This document shows positions 10,146-15,882 of a stretch of DNA of 20,000 bases, piece by piece. Source of the stretch: Candidatus Hermodarchaeota archaeon (GTDB lineage Archaea > Asgardarchaeota > Hermodarchaeia > Hermodarchaeales > Hermodarchaeaceae); contig JAEOTB010000037.1 in NCBI GenBank assembly GCA_016840065.1, positions 91,670-111,669 on the forward strand, given 5' to 3'. Made by a program: the position numbers and the translations under genes. The notes beneath the pieces were generated by a model, which searched no databases, was not told where the DNA came from, and saw only the letters and a list, made by a program, of their open reading frames with translations. How positions within the stretch are numbered: the stretch's first letter is position 1; each line of letters starts with the position of its first letter.

Positions 10146-10191
10146 GGCTCCGGCGCCAGGTTCAATTATAATTGACCCTGGGGCAACGCCC
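10146..10191 (-). other. tRNA-Met intron 1, canonical position 37/38 (46 nt)
   Basis: GGGCGTTGCCCCAGGGTCAATTATAATTGAACCTGGCGCCGGAGCC; internal hairpin CCAGG..CAATTATAATTG..CCTGG. Confidence 0.87.
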
Positions 10192-10375
10192 TATGAGTCT
10201 GGCGCTCGAACCAGGCTAAGCTACCTCGGCGTTTCCCTATCCCTGATTCGTTCCTTTTAATTCTTATTCTCAGGACCGCTACCCCCATTCAGTGCTCGAA
10301 GCAGTTTTAAAGAGAAGGCTGTCTCATCATTGAATGCGGGGGCCCTTCAAGGGTCAGCGACCGCATGACAAGGCG

Positions 10376-10476
10376 GCGGGGGTTTCCAAGAGACCCTATA
10401 GCCAAGCCTGGTCAAAGGCGCAGGACTTAAGATCCTGTCTCGCAGGAGTTCCCGGGTTCGAAGCCCGGCCCCCGCA
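10376..10476 (+). tRNA. tRNA-Leu(TAA) with a 16-nt intron between positions 8 and 9; CCA not encoded
   Basis: Acceptor GCGGGGG/CCCCCGC, D arm GCCAAGCCTGGTCAAAGGC, anticodon arm CAGGA-CTTAAGA-TCCTG, long variable arm, T arm CCGGG-TTCGAAG-CCCGG. Spliced length is 85 nt. The exact 5' end is ambiguous because GCGGGGG is duplicated 40 bp upstream. Confidence 0.87.
10384..10399 (+). other. tRNA-Leu intron at 8/9 (16 nt)
   Basis: TTCCAAGAGACCCTAT; outer GGC/GCC, central GGGG/CCCT, bulges GTT and ATA. Excision gives T8-A9 before the D stem. Confidence 0.75.
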
Positions 10477-10545
10477 CCTTTCTTTTAGATAACCTCACTT
10501 CCAGTTAGAAAATGAAAAGCCGTTTTCATAAGGAAAAAAGGAGAG

Positions 10546-10651
10546 TGGAGCCTCGGGCGAGGATTGAACTCACGACCAGCAGCTTACAAGGTTCAACGTT
10601 ACCGGTTTGGTTTCCGGAAACTCTGTCGCTCTACCACTGAGCTACCGAGGC
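10546..10651 (-). tRNA. tRNA-Thr(TGT) with an intron in the anticodon stem; CCA encoded
   Basis: Acceptor GCCTCGG/CCGAGGC identical to tRNA-Thr(GGT), D arm GCTCAGTGGTAGAGC, spliced anticodon arm ACAGC-CTTGTAA-GCTGC (A27-C43 mismatch), T arm GTGAG-TTCAATC-CTCGC, T-CCA. Spliced length 75 nt. Confidence 0.87.
10592..10622 (-). other. tRNA-Thr(TGT) intron at 30/31 (31 nt)
   Basis: Outer GAG/CTT, central CGAC/GTTG, bulges AGA and AAC, inner GTTTCCGG/CCGGTAAC (one T-T mismatch). Confidence 0.8.
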
Positions 10652-10763
10652 ACTCCTGCAGGTGAAGGATTACTACTATATGACTTTTATTGCGGTTGTT
10701 GAGGCGGCGGGGCTTGACAGGTAACCTTTTTCAATACCTCAGTTATTCATTCTTGTACTCAGC

Positions 10764-10869
10764 GGGCTGGTGGTCTAGATTCCCAGAAGGATAGCCTTCT
10801 GGACTAGATTGGTATGATTCGCGGTTTGGGTCCGTGAGATCCCGGGTTCAAATCCCGGCCGGCCCACCA
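10764..10869 (+). tRNA. tRNA-Pro(TGG) with a D-loop intron; CCA encoded
   Basis: Acceptor GGGCTGG/CCGGCCC, D arm GTCTAGATTGGTATGAT after splicing, anticodon arm CGCGG-TTTGGGT-CCGTG, T arm CCGGG-TTCAAAT-CCCGG, A-CCA; spliced length 77 nt. Confidence 0.92.
10781..10809 (+). other. tRNA-Pro D-loop intron (29 nt; ends slide within a CTAGATT direct repeat)
   Basis: Perfect 8-bp hairpin CCAGAAGG-ATAG-CCTTCTGG flanked by CTAG/CTAG, with CTAGATT repeated at both junctions. Confidence 0.85.
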
Positions 10870-10915
10870 CTCTTTTCTTTGCTGTCATTAATTCAGGTTT
10901 CTGGTATTACGAAAC

Positions 10916-10926
10916 AAATATATATT
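10916..10926 (+). promoter_or_regulatory. Archaeal TATA box for the 5S rRNA gene
   Basis: AAATATATATT about 27 nt upstream of the predicted 5S 5' end (10947). Confidence 0.7.
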
Positions 10927-10946
10927 CAGAGTTGTTGTGATTGTTC

Positions 10947-11065
10947 GGACGCGGTCATAGAAACTGGGTCACTCCCGGTCCCGTTCTGATCCCGGAAGAT
11001 AAGCCGGTTTCGTCTGTCCGAGTACTGATGTCCGAGAGGCTTCGGAAAAGGTCCGAACTGCGTCC
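10947..11065 (+). rRNA. rrf: 5S ribosomal RNA
   Basis: 119 nt; helix I GGACGCGGT/ACTGCGTCC closes the ends; conserved CATAG, ACTCCCGGTCCCGTTCTGATCCCGGAAGATAAGCC, GTACTG and GGAAAAGG segments match archaeal 5S rRNA. Confidence 0.92.
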
Positions 11066-11074
11066 ATTTCTTCT

Positions 11075-11094
11075 GCCTTTTAGCAAAGGTTTTT
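11075..11094 (+). terminator. Hairpin plus T-tract downstream of 5S rRNA
   Basis: CCTTT-TAGC-AAAGG followed by TTTTT. Confidence 0.6.
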
Positions 11095-11149
11095 ATTCGC
11101 TATTGGAACCGTTCGGGAAATAGATACAGATTACTGGTGAGCTATACAA

Positions 11150-12250
11150 ATGCAAGTTGGTACCGAGTGGTCGTGGATATTTCAGTTAATATTCATGGTC
11201 TTGTTTTTACTGATTTACCTTTACGGAACACGACTTCAGACATACATGATGCAGCGGCAAGTTGAAGCTGCTACAGTGCAGCTAGAGTCACTTTCAAAGC
11301 AGGGCAAACAGATTGCCTTTCGAGTGTTTAAAGAAATTGGAGTAGCGGAAGACGCTATCAATGCAGCCGTTGAAGAGTTCATGGAGTTCTTCATAATTGA
11401 GCCTGTGAACGTTGATCCAGCTGGCGTTCTGGGGAGATTGGAGCATCTTTTAGATGTACGCACACACAGATACGAGAAACACATAGCGCGGGTTGCTCCA
11501 AAAGCTGAACCTGCGCTAGCAGCTAACGCGGAGAGTGTACTCAGTGCAGCGATGGCTGTTTACTATGTTTTCCGTGTTGTACGTCACTACTTGATTCTCG
11601 GAAAGAAGACGAAGAGCCTTTACCTAATCATGCAGGTCCAGATGCAACTCCCACAAATCATGCAGATGGCTAAAGCCTACTTTGACGCCATTAAAGCATT
11701 TGCTGATGGTAAGCCCATAGGAGACGGTATGGGTCCTTTAGCTGTTGCACACCTAGCTCGAGAATTAAAGGCAAATAAATCTGAGGAGCTTGCACGGCAC
11801 ACAGTGTCCATTTCCGCCAAGTTTGAAGGACGAACTTTACACATTGTTCGCGCAAAGGGACATGGCTCACATGTAGGCAAGCCTGGCGAAGCAATTAGGA
11901 AGTTAGTTGACCGCCACAAAAGCAAAGTCGCTAGGATTATCACAGTTGATGCCGGCTTGAAGCTTGAGGGTGAAGATAGTGGACATGTCATTGAAGGAGT
12001 CGGTGCGGCAATTGGTGACCCTGGACCAGAGAAATGGAAAATGGAAGAGTCAGGTGTCAGATACGACATCCCGATTGATGCTATCGTTATCAAAGAGTCT
12101 CTCGAAGATGCCCTCAGCCCGATGAAAAAAGCGCTTGTTGATGCTGTCCCAAAGGTTATTGAACGGATAAAAAGTGCTATTCGCCTTCGTACAAAGAAGG
12201 GTGACACCATCATTGTAGCGGGCATTGGCAACACAATGGGTATTGCGTGA
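11150..12250 (+). CDS. DUF1512-type conserved archaeal membrane-anchored protein
   Basis: 366 aa with N-terminal TM segment (FQLIFMVLFLLIYLYGTRLQ) and C-terminal DAGLKLEGEDSGHVIEGVGAAIGDPGPEK...DAIVIKESLEDAL...GNTMGI; recognised as the archaeal DUF1512 family from memory. Confidence 0.75.
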   Translation: MQVGTEWSWIFQLIFMVLFLLIYLYGTRLQTYMMQRQVEAATVQLESLSKQGKQIAFRVFKEIGVAEDAINAAVEEFMEFFIIEPVNVDPAGVLGRLEHLLDVRTHRYEKHIARVAPKAEPALAANAESVLSAAMAVYYVFRVVRHYLILGKKTKSLYLIMQVQMQLPQIMQMAKAYFDAIKAFADGKPIGDGMGPLAVAHLARELKANKSEELARHTVSISAKFEGRTLHIVRAKGHGSHVGKPGEAIRKLVDRHKSKVARIITVDAGLKLEGEDSGHVIEGVGAAIGDPGPEKWKMEESGVRYDIPIDAIVIKESLEDALSPMKKALVDAVPKVIERIKSAIRLRTKKGDTIIVAGIGNTMGIA

Positions 12251-12310
12251 AGTAAATTCCTTCATTCGAAGGGTTCTCAACATAGGAATTCAGAAATATC
12301 CAAAGGAGTC

Positions 12311-12817
12311 ATGGGAGGTCATTCATTGCCTGAACACCGTTACGATTGGGTGGCGATAGGCGGCACCTTTGACAGGCTTCACAAAGGACACAAGGTTCTA
12401 TTAAGCAGAGCCTTCGAGCTTGGCAACAACGTTCTCGTTGGCTTGACAACTCAATCAATGATAACCCACAAACCAGACTGGGAATTAATAGCCCCTTACG
12501 AAGAAAGAGCAGCTAAACTAAGACATTGGATGGAATCTGAGGGCTATAAAGGGCGCTTCACTATCGAACCCTTATGCGACCCTTATGGGCCAGCAATAAC
12601 AGAGGAGAAACTACAACTCATTGTTGTAAGCGAAGAAACCTACACCAGGGCCGTTGAAATCAACGAAATTCGGCAACAACGTGGGCTCCCAATCCTAGAC
12701 ATAGCAGTGCTTACAATGGTTTTAGCAGAGGACAAAACCTCTATTTCTTCAACACGAATCCGAGCAGGGATAATTGATCAAGATGGTCAGCTCGAATACC
12801 GCGACCGCTCCACTTGA
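12311..12817 (+). CDS. coaD: Phosphopantetheine adenylyltransferase (archaeal type)
   Basis: 168 aa; nucleotidyltransferase motif AIGGTFDRLHKGHKVLLSRAFE and ISSTRIRAG. Confidence 0.92.
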   Translation: MGGHSLPEHRYDWVAIGGTFDRLHKGHKVLLSRAFELGNNVLVGLTTQSMITHKPDWELIAPYEERAAKLRHWMESEGYKGRFTIEPLCDPYGPAITEEKLQLIVVSEETYTRAVEINEIRQQRGLPILDIAVLTMVLAEDKTSISSTRIRAGIIDQDGQLEYRDRST

Positions 12818-12857
12818 CAGTGGAAGGCTTTAAGTGTAGGCAATAGATTTCTTTCAT

Positions 12858-13185
12858 TTAGCGATGAAAGGATACTGCCACCTACGAGGTCATGTCTGAA
12901 GGTATGGACCCTGATGAAGACTTGAGCATAATGGTGGCGACACTGGAGCTAGTTGAGGGTTATGCGGCATGTGACAGGCTCCTACACGATCTACGGCGTG
13001 GCGCCAAGAGGTGATTGTTGGGGCAACCCAGAATGTCCACAACTCAACGCCGGGTCGAGTCTAGTTCGCATATCTCGGCACATCAAGAGAGGACCTGCCG
13101 GAGGGTTGAAGGCGTTTCGCCCACCGAGGACGGTGGGGAGTTAGTGTTCTCGAGGAACAGAGCAAGGCCGACCCACCAATTATTT
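12858..13185 (+). ncRNA. Candidate structured non-coding RNA, family unassigned
   Basis: No plausible ORF (only 60-63 aa overlapping open frames); relatively GC-rich; multiple complementary segments (12877-12882/12933-12938, 12994-12999/13047-13052, 13118-13124/13129-13135 with AGGA-type 4-nt loop); possible TATA-like element at 12829-12834. Confidence 0.5.
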
Positions 13186-13193
13186 CAAAACTT

Positions 13194-14075
13194 ATGACAT
13201 CTAGCAGAGTGAGTTACGTGAATAGTCATCAAAGCCGACCACGTAGAAGTTTTTTCAAGTTTCTTCAACAACGCTTAGGTGACAAGATCCCGGATACCCT
13301 GCTGCCACGACGCCTTCGTCTCTACGGTCATGTAGCTGTTCTCTGGTTAGACCCTAAGATTCTATCTCAAAGTGAAGTTGTGGGAAAAACAGTTCTGGAA
13401 TACGATTCTCGAATACATTCAGTTTTAAGACGCACCAATCCAATTTCAGGCCCCTTTCGTCAGCCAGCTTTGGAGGTAATTGCTGGTTCGCATGAGACAG
13501 AGACTGTCTTTTCAGAGAATAGGTGCACTTTTCATATCGATCCAATGAAAGTCATGTTCTCCCTTGGAAATAAAGCGGAACGAGAACGCATGAGCAAACT
13601 AGGAACAAATGAAGTTGTTGTAGACATGTTCGCGGGTATTGGGCAATTCACAATCCCAATGGCAGTTCATGCCTCTCCTCAAGTTATTCACGCAATTGAA
13701 TGGAACCCAGATGCCTTTCATTACCTCCAACGAAATATCCGTTCTAATCGAGTTAATGATATTGTGACCTCTCACCAAGGAGACGCAGCTATCATCGCGC
13801 CTGATGTAGCTCAAAACCAATCAGATCGTGTATTAATGGGATTAGTGCAAGGTACAGTACAATATATCAATCAGGGAATAGTGTGCCTTCGACCAGGCGG
13901 GGTTCTACACTATCATGAAATCTGCCCTCGCCCCGATGCATGCGCCATTGCAGCAAAACAAGTCGAACGCGCTGCTCAGCAATTGGACAGAAAAGTACGA
14001 ATTTTAAATGCTCGGGTAATCAAGTCCTATAACTCACAGAGCGATCATGTAGTTTTGGATATACAAGTTGATTAG
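13194..14075 (+). CDS. Trm5/Taw2-family class I SAM-dependent tRNA methyltransferase
   Basis: 293 aa; VVDMFAGIGQFTIPMAVHA...HAIEWNPDAFHYLQRNIRSNRV...DRVLMGLVQGTVQYINQGIVCLRPGGVLHYHEI, typical of Trm5/TYW2. Not resolvable between the two by eye. Confidence 0.85.
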   Translation: MTSSRVSYVNSHQSRPRRSFFKFLQQRLGDKIPDTLLPRRLRLYGHVAVLWLDPKILSQSEVVGKTVLEYDSRIHSVLRRTNPISGPFRQPALEVIAGSHETETVFSENRCTFHIDPMKVMFSLGNKAERERMSKLGTNEVVVDMFAGIGQFTIPMAVHASPQVIHAIEWNPDAFHYLQRNIRSNRVNDIVTSHQGDAAIIAPDVAQNQSDRVLMGLVQGTVQYINQGIVCLRPGGVLHYHEICPRPDACAIAAKQVERAAQQLDRKVRILNARVIKSYNSQSDHVVLDIQVD

Positions 14076-14088
14076 TAGGTGGGTCGGT

Positions 14089-15186
14089 TTATCGGGTAGT
14101 AGTGTAACTATCGACCTCCCTTAGAAGTTCGTTGGCTTCTGTGTTTTGAATGAAGTATTCACGGACGGGCGTCAATAGTTCTGCAATAGCCTTTGCTGCT
14201 GCTTGTTTTAAATCTAAGGGATGGATTTCGCCTGATGCAAAAAGTGTGTTCAGTTCATCAACAGTTCCAATGCTTAGAGGACCACCATGTTTTTCAGAAC
14301 GCTCGACAGTGAAAACACAATCTTTCTGAGAGAAGAGGAGGTGACGTACATAGCCCAAAACTGGGTTGTCAGTAACCTCCCTAGCAGGACAGTAGGCGTT
14401 ACGTAATTTCTTCATTATTTCTTTAGGTGCATCATGAATGAGAATTGAATCATCGGGTTTAGATTTTGACATCTTCGTGGCAACTGCTAAATCCTGAGCC
14501 GATGTGCTAGAGGATGCCTCCATTCTAGATGACCCGCTCAGCCCTGAGAGTAGGGGAGTGTGAACACCAATTGGTTTCCAGTCGAGCTTAAGTTTCTCGG
14601 CAACTTCTCTTGCCAAGACATGAGCTCGTCGCTGATCCATGCCGCCTAAGCATACTTCGAATTGCTGATTAATAATATCAGATACTTGAAGACAGGGATA
14701 TATGAGCTTCGAGAAGTCTAGTTCTGCATCTTCTCCGCTTCGACCCATGATTGTCATTGAACGCCGAACTCGAGCCAGAGTAAGGCTTTTCGCGACTCGG
14801 AGTGTATCTTCCCAATATTCAAGTTTTTTCATTAGATTCTCAGCTGTTACAACGCGAACTTTTCGGAGATTCACGCCTAATGCTGAAAAACAGTGTCGGA
14901 GATACACAGCACACCGTCTAATTTGATCAATATTACCACCGAATTTGTCGTTTATCTTGGCATGCCATGTCGCGAGTAACACATGCATCTTCACACCCAA
15001 ATCTGAGAGCGTTCGCAACTTTTGAACCCAGACTGCATGACCCAAGTGCATCAATCCGGTAGGTTCAACCCCTACGTAGCCACGAGGTTTCTCTTTTCTA
15101 GCAAGTACAACTTTCAAGTCATCCAGAGTTACAACTTCTTCAGTTTGAAAAACGGCTTTCGCTACAGTTGGAGGCAATTCTTCCAT
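14089..15186 (-). CDS. tyrS: Tyrosyl-tRNA synthetase
   Basis: Class I motifs GVEPTGLMHLGHAVW and KMSKSKPDDSILIHD; archaeal TyrRS C-terminus GDL-like/HPLDLKQAAAKAIAELLTPVREYF. The track ORF starts at 15330; internal Met at 15186 (MEELPPTVAKAV) is the better start. Confidence 0.88.
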   Translation of the reverse strand: MEELPPTVAKAVFQTEEVVTLDDLKVVLARKEKPRGYVGVEPTGLMHLGHAVWVQKLRTLSDLGVKMHVLLATWHAKINDKFGGNIDQIRRCAVYLRHCFSALGVNLRKVRVVTAENLMKKLEYWEDTLRVAKSLTLARVRRSMTIMGRSGEDAELDFSKLIYPCLQVSDIINQQFEVCLGGMDQRRAHVLAREVAEKLKLDWKPIGVHTPLLSGLSGSSRMEASSSTSAQDLAVATKMSKSKPDDSILIHDAPKEIMKKLRNAYCPAREVTDNPVLGYVRHLLFSQKDCVFTVERSEKHGGPLSIGTVDELNTLFASGEIHPLDLKQAAAKAIAELLTPVREYFIQNTEANELLREVDSYTTTR

Positions 15187-15308
15187 TTTTCTATACTCTC
15201 CACTTCGAGGCAACAATAGGGCTGATATAAAGGTTATTGTTTCCTTTTCATGGTAATTCTTTAGAGAAAAAGAAGTCATAATATAATTCAAATCGGTGTC
15301 AACAGAAG

Positions 15309-15728
15309 ATGCCAACCACACGCAATGCATCGTCAGTAATGCAAAAATTACTAGAAGAGGGTTTTAGGAATGGTGTTGCGTTACTGGTGGAATTATCGAA
15401 GAATGGAGTAGTGGTTATTGTGGAGGGTCAAAAGGATGTGATATCCTTAAGGCATTTGGGACTAACAGGACCAATTATTCCTCTTGCAGGGCATAGTGTG
15501 CTCACACTAGCGGAAATGCTTGCAGGGAATGCTCAAGTTTTGATACTTTTCGACTTTGATACTCGGGGCGAGCAACTTACTAGATTATTAATTTCGCAAT
15601 TACACGGAACAGGGACGAGAGTACATCATGATTTTCGTAGGAAACTAAAGAAAGCGTTCAGTTGGCAATCCAGAGTAATCGAAGGATTAAGACCCCTAAA
15701 TAGGGATACAAACACCACAAAGTTTTAA
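15309..15728 (+). CDS. Small Toprim-domain protein
   Basis: 139 aa; VVIVEGQKDVISLRHLGLTGPIIPLAG and VLILFDFDTRGEQLTRLL, the E and DxD Toprim motifs. Confidence 0.85.
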   Translation: MPTTRNASSVMQKLLEEGFRNGVALLVELSKNGVVVIVEGQKDVISLRHLGLTGPIIPLAGHSVLTLAEMLAGNAQVLILFDFDTRGEQLTRLLISQLHGTGTRVHHDFRRKLKKAFSWQSRVIEGLRPLNRDTNTTKF

Positions 15729-15882
15729 TCACCCTCCACTCCAGTCTCATCTTGTATCATGCTTACATACCGTCAAGCCCAGTCTTGACGTCTTAACTTG
15801 GTATATCATTCACAGATATGATTGTGGTGAAGGAATAACACACCACTCATAACACATAACCAATCAAAATCATCCCTAGGTG

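Larger units (their letters stand above)
10085..10230 (-). tRNA. CAT-anticodon tRNA, probably elongator tRNA-Met, with two introns; CCA not encoded
   Basis: Acceptor GCCGAGG/CCTCGGC, D arm GCTTAGCCTGGTTCGAGC, anticodon arm CCAGA-CTCATAA-TCTGG after splicing, T stem GCGGG/CCCGC, discriminator A. Tilt to Met over tRNA-Ile2(CAT) is inference. Confidence 0.88.

Noticed and set aside
10943-11065. H/ACA, C/D or RNase P RNA interpretation of the 10943-11065 structured region
   Set aside because: The GGAAGATAAGCC and GTACTG motifs with end-closing helix I identify it as 5S rRNA.
10941-11123. 60 aa ORF in the track on the + strand
   Set aside because: It lies across the 5S rRNA gene; the RNA signature and helix I are far stronger than any coding evidence.
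12953-13197. 63 aa and 60 aa + strand ORFs between coaD and the methyltransferase gene
   Set aside because: Two overlapping frames, no recognisable motifs, Arg/Pro-rich composition typical of translated GC-rich RNA sequence.
15187-15330. N-terminal extension of TyrRS in the ORF track (48 aa)
   Set aside because: Unconserved-looking sequence overlapping the divergent Toprim gene; Met at 15186 gives a normal TyrRS N-terminus.
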